Below are positions 13,838 to 26,300 of a DNA stretch of 64,000 bases, one piece after another; within the stretch, counting starts at the first letter, position 1; each line of letters begins with the position of its first letter. Source of the stretch: Takakia lepidozioides (lineage: Eukaryota > Plantae > Bryophyta); the NCBI GenBank assembly GCA_030704615.1, contig CM060732.1:23436001-23500000 (forward strand), given 5' to 3'. Under the pieces are notes generated by a model, which was not told the DNA's origin, ran no database searches, and saw only the letters and a list, made by a program, of their open reading frames with translations. The position numbers were made by a program, and so were the translations under genes.

Positions 13838-14215
13838 TCAACAATCCGGGAGATGAACGTGATGTTGGCCGTCACTACACACCCCCAAGATTCTCATGAC
13901 ACGTAGAGCACTGGGGTCCATGTTGGTCAGCCCAAAAGCAATGGCCATCTTCTCCGTGTTGTGGCAAGGAGGAAATCCTTTTTGCTCCTCCTCCATGTCG
14001 TGCAACTCAAAGCGCGTGTCAGCAGGCACATATCTTGACTCTCTCGATTGCGTGGACAATCTTTCCAGCTCGGCATTGATTTTCTCAACCACCTCAACGT
14101 TGCTGACCTCGATGCAGCAGCGACCCGGATCCTTTCCGACCCCTGACCTTCATGACTTTTGGCATTGTTGCATCTCACTTTCAGAGTGCATGTTTGCCGC
14201 ACGTTCTGCCAAAGA
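13838..14215 (-). pseudogene. Rest of E1/E2 and DYW-domain remnant, inverted relative to 13300-13770
   Basis: AERAA, PGRCCIEV, INAELERLS, YVP(A)DTRFELHD, HNTEKMAIAFGL, VCSD; degenerate zinc-binding motifs and frameshifts. Confidence 0.8.
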
Positions 14216-14939
14216 TACTCATCTTTCCACAATGTATGTCTTCCCAACTGTCCACTTATTTCTCTCTGCAGCTCCGCTTGTTCTTATTACCTTGCTGTTC
14301 ATGAGATTTTGTTTCGATTACCCAGCATCTGGGTCTGCCATCCTGGCAGCATTTCTTCTCCATGCCCTTACAAAGGATTGGGTGGAACTCACATATGGCA
14401 TTATCTGGATTTTATGTGCCATGTTTGTGACTGTCTTTGCTATATTTGACTTGCATGCATCTCATCTCGCGAGCCAAGTTGGAGCAGTATTGGCAGCCTG
14501 CAGATATCAAATCGCTTGAGTTTCAAAAACTCCACCTTACACTATTGCCCCCAGCATCAATAGTGAGTTGCTGATTATACCAACTACACTCTCAGAACTT
14601 CAATTTGTGAAAAAAACTTTTCAAGGACTGCAAAACTCATGAGTAGAACAGTCCGACACTGAATTTGAATGGGGTGGTGGCGATTTCAACATCAATCGTT
14701 TTATTGTGGATATATCCACATACCCACCAACAAAAATGCAAATAAAGTGTGGCATTAGTTAGATATATACGTATGGCACTGAGTGACTTAGAATGCACTC
14801 ATAAGACGTCTGCTGTAGCCTTGTGACTATACTAGACCCCATGCCCAGTAAAGGCAGGCCAAGGAACAGGCACTATCCTTTGTGAAGGGCTCATTTCAGT
14901 AGTGGGACTTGCCTGGGTATAAACAACTAATTGGGCATT

Positions 14940-15610
14940 CCATATTTCCTTTAGAAAGCCCTTCAATCTGCTGTGTGAGCTGCCCAACAACTGGACCCCT
15001 ACAGCACCAGGGCTAAAGGCTCAGCCTTGAGATATGGAAAGTTGAACTGAGGTGCAGGGACTATGTTCTCGATGGTCGTGAAGAGAGTCGCTCTCTGATG
15101 AGAATACCCCCAACATTGTGTCAGATAGTGGATGTTGTCTTCAGGGAGCCCACACACCAGGCATTTACAATCTTCCTTTCCTCTCTGCATCTGTTTCTTG
15201 TTTCAAAGGAAGACTGCCCACCCCAAAACTTAGTCTATTGCCTGCCTACAGTAGGGAGGCCCTTCAGATCATGTCACAAACTGGACACAATTTCAGGTAA
15301 GTTGTATGACTAACTTTAGACATTGGCCTTAGACACCTCAGCCCCCAAGTCAGCTTCATCGAGCTGGGTCAGTTCTTCCTGGCCCATATTCAGGTACTTG
15401 AAAATCTCCTCTACCCTTTTACGCCATGGCTTAACCTGTTTAAGAGGATGGTCTTGCTTCCAAGAAATAGAGGCAAACTTCTTAGGGCATTTCGTACTGG
15501 ACATACGATGCAACCATTTGACCTTGAACTCCTCACATCGCGAGCTCAAAGGTGGTATGTCAAACTCGCCCTGAAAAGCCCAATTAGCTGTTCTAGAGCA
15601 CGCTGACAAA
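14940..15610 (-). mobile_element. LINE ORF2 C-terminal remnant
   Basis: Post-RT region (SRTANWAFQGEFDIPPL..KWLHRM) and CCHC-type tail CLVCGLPEDNIHYLTQC; interrupted by stops. Confidence 0.65.
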
Positions 15611-17628
15611 TATTAATGACTTCCTAGATGCACCAAATAATGCAGATACAACAGAAGTGGACATCACATTTCAGAAGAATTTAAAACAATTCAAGAGGAA
15701 AATTTCCTACTGAAGACTGGTGTTTTTCACCTCAAGGGTTTCCAACCAGAATGTGGACACCCTCCGATACTGGTAGTAACCAAGGGAACAAGGTTTTCAG
15801 TTTGAAAACCCGTAGAGAGGGTGGTGTGGATTTGTATTGATTGTATCAAAAGATGACATATCTAGAAGATTACTACCTGCAAATCACCCGACTGTTAGTT
15901 CACACCTCTTAAACTTCAGTTTTGTATACAATCTACTGGATTTCTTTAATTTTAATAAATCATACTAAAATACAAATACCCAGTGCAGAACCAAAACTTA
16001 TGGTAAGATATAATTAATTCTTTCGCTATCCAAATAGACAAAAGTCCACCACCAAACTTTGATTTGGACACTGAACTTCAACCACCTCAAAAATGGCAGT
16101 GGATACAATTCCACAGTAGTACCTCATTCAGCCAACCCAACTATAGTGGGAGGTTACTAGGTCAACCAATCACTTTGTGAAGGATTTCCATTTAGACTAG
16201 TTCTCTGACCATGGAGAACCACTTTCAAGGGATATGTGAAGCTCATGAGAAGCCGTGAAATCAAGTTACGGTCACATGAGTACAAGGGTAACTGAATGCC
16301 AAAGCACACATACAGTATGCAAATGGAGTAAGGCAGTAGTCCTTCCAGGTGACGAGACACCACAATTTATGCTCGCTTCAGCAGGACTACTACCTTCTGT
16401 TTTTGCAAGTCTACCCCTTCTAAACAGCCATAAACTAGGCCGTGTGGTTGCCCAATCCTTTCCTCAGGGATTCAAAGGTCCCCAATACTACTCACACACC
16501 CAATTACTGTTTGACCCAGTGGATCCTTTTCATAGATAGGTTGGCTACAAAGTAAACCTCAGTGGCTTTGGACCCACAGCCACTTGTAAGACAGGTTGTA
16601 ATGGTTTGACTGCACTAAGAGCGAATCAACATGTCAAGACAGTTGTGATCGCGGTTTTTTGATGAACTAAAAGGCCTTCCATTTTCCTAAAATAATGATG
16701 AGAGAGGAAGAAAATGATGTTTGTTGGATAGATACTGATGGCTTGAGAAGGAAAGCCCATAAACCTTTTGATGCCTCACAAAATTTGACCCAATTGATGT
16801 TGGTTCCCCTGCAAAATTGAACCACCAGTTTAAAGAATGTGACATGTCTCAAAACCAGCAAGTACCCAACTGTAGGAACAATGCCTCTACATTCATCAGT
16901 TGACCATGCAGCATGATTTCCAATATGGGCCACACCTAGGCGACCTCAAATGTGGCCATAGAGCTCTAACTACAAGCTCTGTTTGGAGCATTGTATGTCT
17001 ATCAACCAATCAACATTCCTATTCAGCCTGCAGACAGACTACAAGCACAAAGTTACAATTTTTCACTGTGTTATCATTCATGGAGAAACTTTACCTGATC
17101 TCCATAACATGCTTAAACTAAGGCTGCTGCAACAACACAACTCCATCGGTCTGCTTCTCCAAGAGCCCCTTCTAACCCCTGATAAGAACAGCAATAGGCA
17201 ACAAATCACGCCACACGTCACTTAAACTGGAAATAAAACCTTCAATGAAATGTTGTTTCCCACTGGAAGCAGATTCTTTGTGCACCTAAATTTAAAAGAA
17301 AGAGAAATGAACTAATTGACTATGTCCTACGTAAAATGACAAAGATGACGTCCCCAAATGATACCACCTTCCGACCTCTAACCTTCCTTCCGGGTACCAT
17401 ACCCACCTTCAACTGTCTCAGAGGTAGGGACAAAAAAATTAAATGTGAGGTGGTGATTCCAGGCTGGCAATATGCTATTCTGGAGTGTAAGATGTGGAGG
17501 AGGTAGAAAGCGGTGGACCAACACACGAAAACATTCCAAGCTTCAGTAAATAGATGCACTTGTCCGAAAGAGACCACTACGCAAACTAATATGTGAGACT
17601 CCATATAAGGCAGGGTAGTACTGGGAGC

Positions 17629-20600
17629 TCACCTCAGTGGTTGAGGTCCTCTGCAGAACTCACTCCCACACAGGCAGGTGAATGCTGGAATCGGGTGGTC
17701 ATCATCCTCAAAGTCAATATTGTAGTCCTGCATTACCACGCGTATTAAACTCTTGCCCAACTAACCTCAAGAGCTATATCCCACAAGATGTAAGAGAGGT
17801 AGGGTAGCACACTTATGCAGCAATGTATCTTTTTCCTGGTCTGAAGAAAGACAACAGATCAGAAAGACTGGTTGCATCCATATGCAACCAGTCCCACACT
17901 TTCCTAGTCTCACACTTTCAAACTTAAAATATCGGAAGAGTATTAGCAGCAGTTAAGACTACACAGAGCACCTGATGACATACCCAGGTGAGCTCTTCAA
18001 ATGCTTTTACCTCGCGGTTGGTGAAAAATGCCACCTGCAGCACCCAACATCAGTGTCCCAGCAGTTGCAAACTGTTCATTACCTTCAGGTCTGGAATTTC
18101 CTATCCATAGTCTAGCACAATCATGCATCAGTATCACTGACCCATATGACAAGGCACCTTCTGTGTTCATCAGAAGAATCCAACAGGGATTTAGGTTTGA
18201 GCATAAAAAGGTGTTTGCTCAACTCTGACAGCAGTCTTCCTACTGTAGCTACAGAAAGCACAGCAAGCCTATCCAAAAGGACCCCAGAAACAGAGAAATG
18301 GACAAGGAGGGGACGATGAATACATGGTAGTAGTGTCTGTCGGGGTTCTCAATCTCCACCAGCATATCCATCATGTTAGCATCACTACACCTGCAGCCAT
18401 CACCAATGAATATATTTACATCAACATTGCTTAAGCTGTAACACACTGTCCCATCCATAAACAGGCTTCTGACTGAGGGTCAAGGTGTCTTTAACTTGAG
18501 AGTGAGTGTTTGCTACAGAGGCACCAAGAACTAAAAGCAGCATCACTGTGCGGCTGGAAGACAGAGGAAGAAGACTCCTGCTGAAGACGGCGTATGGTTC
18601 ACTTCACCCAAAGGGCTAGTGTTTGTATGGAAAGTGGACACCTTTCCAACGGCCATAACCAGGACAACACGGTTGCCCAAACCTCCCCCAAGGACTCAAA
18701 AGTCCCAATGTACCCACACATTAAGTAGCCGGTTGACCTGGGCTGGGTTGGCTATGATGGGTGACATCCAACATACACCTGTGTGGCTTTGAACCCATGA
18801 CCACTTGTAAGGCGGGTGCGGCTGGAATAGATTGTGTAACCTTGTATTGCTGTATCATTGAATCAGTGAATCTCACCGATGATTTATGAATCTTGCAATA
18901 TTTCCAAAGTAGGTAGCATCCAAGCACAAAGCTTCCTCATCTCTCAGGGTCGCTTCAGAGCCCCAGTCACCATCCAAAAGTATCGGGTATGTGTGGATCC
19001 CATCTGCCTTCTTTGCCGAGACATTTCGCTCGTACATCTCGGTGTTGGTTAAGATTTCACCGACATATTCACAAACAAACGCACCAGCTGGGAGGTGCTC
19101 AAGTGTCTGGATGCCCCAGCCCTTGCCTTCAGGTGTCATGAACACCTGAAAACCAGACCAACTGTGTTTTTTCTCAGCTTTTTCCACTCAAGAACAAACA
19201 ATACCTGCTGCCATACCAGGACCATGGGAGTTGAGCAGGTCAGTGTTCTCAAATGTCAACAACACTATAGCTGAGTATGAAACATTGGATGCAGACAGTT
19301 AAAGTCAGAAGTAAACCAAGGAGAGCTCCACAAGCAAAATCGAAATCTTCAGATATTCCACCCAATGGACCTCAAGTTCATCCTAAAGCATAAAGTCAAA
19401 AGTGTCGGTAGACAACATTAAGAAAATTTACCTGCAACCTACGGTTGATGCCCCGCTGCACAACCCGATTGCCGCACTGCTTGCTGCATCCGCACTTGGA
19501 CCAGCATTCCTTCACGAACTCCCGAATAAGGTGGCCTCTGCACTTTCCGGGGGCACCCTTGTTCCGCTCCTCCGGACAGTGAAAGCCCGTTTCACAGAAA
19601 TGAAGCTTTCTCCGCCTTTCTTTCTCATCCAAGCGCATCTCTTTGGCCTGCATAATTCCGGCGTCAGGGATTCTATTACAGACAGGAAAGGCACTTTCAT
19701 CACCACCCGCATGCCCTCTTCCGACTAACTACTTCCCTGTTGAATCGGCCACTCCCAAAAATCAGCATTGGTAAGATCTGGGCGATCATTGAACCATGTT
19801 CACTTTCAAGAAATTGAAGTGAAAATCATGGCATCTAGAACATAGAAAGCAACACATGCATTTCCTTTGCCCTGACCGTGAAACCCAAATGCCTCGCACT
19901 CCGTAAACAAAAAAAAAGTAAAAGAACAGCATTACACATAGATCTGACATCTTCGAAAATATCAGTGGGGCAAGAAAGCTGATTAATTTCAAGAAAGACA
20001 TGGAAGAAGAAACAACACATGGAAGAAACCAGAGAGAATGCTATCTTAAACCTCAATGAGACAAATCTACAACTACAAGACAAATCAATTACATGTTGTA
20101 TAACAAATGACCAGCTATTGTACCTCCCTAGACTTCCTGAGTTCCTAACAGAGGATGCAGCCATAATGGTTTCGTGTCAACACGGAAATGACTCACACTG
20201 GACAGATTGGATAGCAATGACAAACACATGATGTCGGCTGGTCTATATTCTCACGGTTTTACCTGCTTTATGTACTTGTCCTTGAGGCAACCATTGCTGG
20301 TGTAGGCAAATTCACCGCCTGTGTCCCGTGCACAAGCACAAGGAAATGGGGCAGTTAGGCAATCCTCATAGCAATTTGGACAGCACTCATCATCCCCAAT
20401 GCGAGAGAGGGAGAAGTTCACATGGGCGTTCTGATGAGTGCAGCTCTTGGAGATGTAGTAGAAGGAGAGTGGCAGAGTTTGGCTGTTCACTCTGTTCACA
20501 ATTGGGATAGGGGTCGGCTCTTCGCCTCGGGAAAGATCTGAGGGGTTATGCATGCGCCTCCTTTCTTCACTCCATTCCCCATCTGGCAGTAGTCCACCTG

Positions 20601-22219
20601 CATGATTCAATAGAAGATCTTTGGATATACATCTTTCTATCCATACACACACGTCAATTATCCATTTGGAGACTATATGAACGCTTATGGACCTAATTAG
20701 CACACACTACCATACCATTGTCAGATGCCTGCAGTAATTATGAAGACATGACCTCAGGGTTCCATGCACCATATCGACCACTGATCTCCACTACTTCCCA
20801 ATAATCTAGATACTCTCCTCTACTCTTGCAACTTGGTAGAGTCTTTCAATGATCAAGGCCTAATTCCATTTTGAACTGACAATGCCTGGTCAATACGTCC
20901 CTACTAGAACCCGACACCTTTTAATCTAAAATACTTATGGAAGACACTTCAAAACTATCATTGAATCCAGGACCTTACTCTAGAGTGGTAACTCACCTTC
21001 AGCACCTGGCACAATCACCCCAATGTCTGGCCACAGGCCCTCCAACTTGGGTTTTTTCTTTAAACCATGTGGATTTTCAGTTCTGTTTCGAAGGGAGTTG
21101 CAACCAGGTTGCTGTCTCACCACCTTCCCTGGTTGGTTTGGCCAAATCTTGCCTCTCTCAGTCAGACCCCCATTCTCTGACATGATGGAGGTCTCTCCTC
21201 TTGCTGTTTCGGGTGCTCTGGATCCTCTCGGAGGGGTCATTGCAGACTGTCCAGACCTCTTGCCCTCCTGGCCCAGATCACACTTTTGGGAATTACCTAC
21301 CTTTGAGTTCCTCAAAGGAAGGGTAGCAGCGCCTTTCAGTTTCTTGGGCCCAATGGCATTTGCCTCCCCAACCCTCCCCATCTGAGTAAGGGAGCCTTCC
21401 TCACATGTAGAATCAACGGGTGTAAGGGACGATTCCCTGACTACCGAGGTGTCAGCACGAGCTGCACCTGGGGCTCGTTGACCACCCTCTGCCTGCACAA
21501 GCATAGACCCCCATCAGCACTCCCTGCACTACAGGCTTAGATCAAGTAAGCATCGCAATGGATTAAAGGACAACGGAGAATCATAGACAACCCACATCAA
21601 CGAGGAGGGATATTTGACCAAGGTAGCTAGGGCATTGATAATGTGAAAGACGGGATCTAATGTGATTCCCAGCAATTGCTTAAACCCTAAAAGAATTAAA
21701 GGTGACCACAGGCATGGCGCCAATATACTGCATAGGCCAATTCTTCGTATGGAGTTCCTATGAAGGAGGGGCATGTGAAATATCCCTGTCATTTGCGTCT
21801 CAGACTGTTCCCTGTCTCATAACTAAACTACGAGTTTCTTACCCGTCCTTCTTGTTCTTGCAACACTTGGTCCACCAGTAGCTGATAGTTTTCGGTCTCA
21901 ACGTAGTTCCATAGACAGGCACCATACACCTGCAAGAGTGTCCAATTCATTAGGAACAAGCTTATATTCTGAAAGCAGATAGAGTGCGCACGTTTGTCTA
22001 CCTTCTACCAAAGCTTCTCAGTTCCCATTACGACTCGGGAAGACTGACAAACAAAGCAAGAACACAAGATGGAAGTACAGGTAGCGGTAGTCAATGCTGA
22101 ATAGGAATGAGGGGAAGGACCTTGGAAAGGCGCTTCAGAGTGCGAGATACTGTGGGTCGGGGAAAGCCCAGATCCTGCATTGCAACCAGCGCAAGTTCGG
22201 CCCTCCCATCGTCCGCCAT
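17629..22219 (-). CDS. SUVR4: SUVR4-like histone H3K9 methyltransferase (WIYLD, pre-SET, SET, post-SET); 9 exons: 22219-22121, 21929-21843, 21492-20997, 20597-20263, 19647-19432, 19145-18877, 18390-18324, 18034-17984, 17727-17629
   Basis: WIYLD (AMQDLGFPRPTVSRTLKRLSKVYGACLWNYVETENYQ), pre-SET (DLSRGEE..CACARDTGGEFAY..KECWSKCGCSKQCGNRVVQRGI), SET (GKGWG..EYVGE..ARFINHRCSDAN..ELTWDY), post-SET CLCGSEFC; phase-compatible GT-AG introns. Symbol denotes the SUVR1/2/4 clade. Confidence 0.93.
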
Positions 22220-23319
22220 ACTCAGAGCATAAGCTCCAACAACTGCCAAGAGAAGCCTAGAGCACTCCCGTCTCTCCCCCTCCCTACCTCATCTGTAGCA
22301 ACCCCTCCTCAACACTCTTCACCACTACAATCGCTAACTACCCACCTCCTTCACACTGCTCCTCATTATTATTTTGGCGGCTATCAATTTCCATCTATCC
22401 GAGACTTCGACACCTGCATGTTATCTCAGATTCTCGCTCTAAATTTTGCGTTGATGGGTCCCATCGTCGCTTTGATGATGGTCCGATCACTGTGGGTCAA
22501 CAACGGCGCCATCATCTACACTGTAACTATAATCTTCGTGACAAGCGTCGATCACATATCCCATGACGTGGGCCACCGTTAACCCTAAGGGACGGTGGTT
22601 CAAATTTAGCAAGTCGATCCTCTGTATGTGCGAGACAGACAAGTGTGCAGGGCCTGCATGCTCAGAGCGAGGTTTTTGATCTGGTGGATGTGCCTGTGGG
22701 TGTTATGTGGCACCTATCATTCAGGCTGGAGAATCTTTCATATCTTTTTAATATCATGGTTGTGGACTTGTAGGAGTGTCTGTCTCTAAACGCTATATAG
22801 ATGAGGTCTCAGCTTCAGAATTTTGCTCTCCTGCGTGGTTTGATTTCGGTGAGCTGGCGTCAGCCAGAAAGGAGCAGAGACGGATAGTTTGACTTAGAAT
22901 CGAACCATCGTATATTCGGTGGTTTCCACTTTATCTTGCAGGATTACTGGTCGATCTGAGAGCCAAGAAAACGAGTTTGTAATTCGAGGAAAGTGAATCA
23001 AACATAGGCGACGTAATTCCGAGGCTTTCCTCCCTCAGCTTGCTTCCCTTGATTCTCATGGGCTCATTGGTTCGTATGGCTTTTCAAGCGGAAGCTCATC
23101 ACACAGGAGTAATGCTGTTGGACAACCCCAAGTATAAGGCAGTACATTTGGGCACACTTGCCTGATGAAGGATCAGGTGCTGGGGATAAGCTTACACTCA
23201 CAAGTAGATCATTAAGTGGGGTGGGCATCTCTCAGCTTGGTTAAAGCATCACGTGAGTAAATGGTACGCCACGGAGGGTGGCTGCTGGATTTGTGTGATT
23301 AGACAAAGAAGAGATAGGA

Positions 23320-26300
23320 ATGGCGGGGAACAGTGTGCTGGTCGTTCCCCCCTTCGACTGTGCATGGCTGATGGGGGACGATCTACGGTTCGCCGAGGCT
23401 GGGCGGGGATGTGTGGAGTTCGAGGCACGCGCTGACAACGATGTCACGGTTGTGTTCAAGGAGCACGCAGGTACGTTGACTGAAGGTAGAGGAGGAAACT
23501 GGATTTGAAGGTCCCTTCCCACGAAGCACGGAAGGGGTGTAAGATCTCTAGGTCGATGGATATGTAGCTTTTGACTTGATCCTGCCGAGCAAAGTATGGT
23601 CTCGGTAGCATAGTTGAAAAATGTAGGAGGGGAAGGACAAAGCTCAATAAATGGCCTCTAAGCACTTCGTTTCTCACCGTCTAAAGAACTGGCAATTTAC
23701 TGGCATCGCATGATTTGGTTGATTGAGTAAGTAGTACGCATTGATGGAAGGCCTTATTCCCCAACAACTGAAATTCAAGTAGAGGGTCAACTGTAAGTGG
23801 TACTACTTAGAGGTGTTGCAGTGACTTACATGGAATGGTAAAGGGTTGGTGTTGTGACAAGGTCCTAATGCACTTGTAGTGTATGACCCTTGAGCTCATC
23901 GATACTGGCATTCTACAGCTGGACCTTACATACACACACACCCACCAACACTTGTACCCATGGCCAACACTTGTTTGTTTCATTTTCCATCTGATTGGCA
24001 CTTCTTTTGATGTTGTCATTGTATCAACTTTCCCAGTGTTGAAATTCGTGCTTTCTCAAAGGTGTACAGAATATTGAACCTATTTTGAGCAATAGCCTTG
24101 GGGTATGCAGGGAGCAAACACTACCGCACAGACAGTGGGCCAAACTATACAGTTATCCTGGGAAGCCATGGGAATCGACGGCTGAAGTTGTTGGTAGATG
24201 GCCAGACAGTGGTTGATGTAGCAGGCATTGTACTCTGCCCATCCAACTTTGAGCGTTATTGGGTAAGTATTTTGGATGGGACAATTACCGTTGGTAAGGG
24301 TGAGCCAGGCAAGGGGATTGTCTGCGAGTGGGCAGATACTAATCCCAATTGCAAAGTGCAGTATGTGGGTCTTAGTAGCTGGGACAAGCATGTAGGATAT
24401 CGCAATATCCGTGTACGCCCACCAGCGCAAAGCTTTGGGATGCCATCGAACGTGGAGGATCATGGGGTGGGGGGTGGTTTATCACAGTACTTGGAGTCTA
24501 TGGAGTTTTCAGATGTACAATTTATGGTGGGGCCTGCAAGGAGGATTGTGTCTGCTCATCGCATCCTTCTTGCTTCATGCTGTATTGGTTTTCCAGAATC
24601 CTCTGGGGACGGGATGGTTCGGCTCCCATCTGTTGAGTACTCTGTCTTGCACAATCTTCTTCAGTATATGTATTCTGGGCGGACACAGGTATTCCCCGTT
24701 TCCTTTTGTAACTTTTTTTTAAAAAAAAAGTTTCAGGGGCACGCAGTCAAGTGCTTGTTTGTTTTGGTAACAGAAGAGGTTATTAGTTGCCTGTCTGTTT
24801 GTGAATTACATTGTTAGCTTGGATAAGTGGGTCAGACTTCTTGCATAAGATGTAAGCATGAAAACCTCTTTAAGAAACAGCTGTAGGGCAATGGAGTGGC
24901 TCTTCACCAGAAGTAAAGTCCCTGATGAAAATATCCCTTAGACCCAAGGGTTTATGGACATTGCCCAGATAATTTGTTCAGTTTGATTAATGTGTACATA
25001 TGTTTCCTTTATGTCTATCTATCCTTTTTGTGGTTTCTTTCTGTGGAAAGGTTCCAGCAGACTGAGAAGTGTCCACAGTGGACAGGCTCTGAATTTTTCA
25101 CCAATCGTGTGTCTTAATCATCACCCAAACACTGAGTCGCGTGGCATGTTGTGTATGTGGTGGTGGTCAAGGTGGGTGAAACTGAGCTGGTGCATCTTCA
25201 AGAGCTTGCCGATGAGTTTGGCCTTCAAAGCCTTGCATTGCAATGTGAGCAGCTTAATAGGGCATTCACTGCAGAGAGAGACAAGGGATCAGCGGTCTGT
25301 AGGCCAGACCATAAAGTGGAGCTTCTTTATCACAACCCTGTTGCATTCTTTGAAAATCGTCCAGGATTTTCATCGAGCATCCCTGTTGATGCATCCAAGT
25401 TGATGGAGTTCCTGGAGAGCGGCCAATTTAGTGATGTCGAGCTTTTCATTGATGGCTATGGCAAGGTGGCACAAGCTCATAGGCTAGTCTTGAGTGCTTG
25501 GAGTGCTCCATTTGCAAAGGTCAGTATCAGTACAGACCGACAGTGTGTCCTGCATGCTTTATGTATCTTTCCTTGTTGAAGGAGACAGGCATGAGGAGAA
25601 AGCTACTCTCCAATTGTCCCAGCTCTGTTGACCTACACAATCATCTCTTGGCAGTCCCCTCATCAGAAGCTGGAGATCCTAAAGTCTTACATTCTGTATG
25701 TGATGAATAAGCCAATGATAACTTCAGTCAAGGATGGAAGTGAGTGCAGTTTTGTGCAACTCGGGAGTAGGTAGAACTCAATTAAACTTTGGTGAGGGGT
25801 TTATGTATTGTTGCACTTACAACATACTACTGACAGGTGATATTCATCTTCCCCTGGGTGCGCAGATGTTCACAAATGGGATGTGTGAAACCAGTATTGG
25901 GCAGGTAGTGATCCGGGATGTAGCCCCCGAACCCTTTATGGTCATGCTCCAGTTCATGTACCGTGGCCACCTTGAGCTCGGCGAGACAGACAATCGTGGG
26001 GCACTTTTGCTACCTCTGTTGCTACTGGCTGACCAGTTTGCTGTTCAACTTCTTCAACAGGAATGTTGCACTCACCTGATCAATTACCTCACCGAGGTAA
26101 ATTTCGGATCCTCCCATGGGGTTTTGGTCTCATCAGTTTTCCTTTTACTTTTGGGTGTTGCCTTGAAGAGAGCATTAGATGGATAGGATTTCTTAGCAAA
26201 AGGTCTGCTACTTACCTGAGATGTTGAGGCAAATCCATCCATCACTTTCCATAAGTGCAACGGATTATGCAGGGTTAGCATCTCTTCTATGTTCCAGGCA

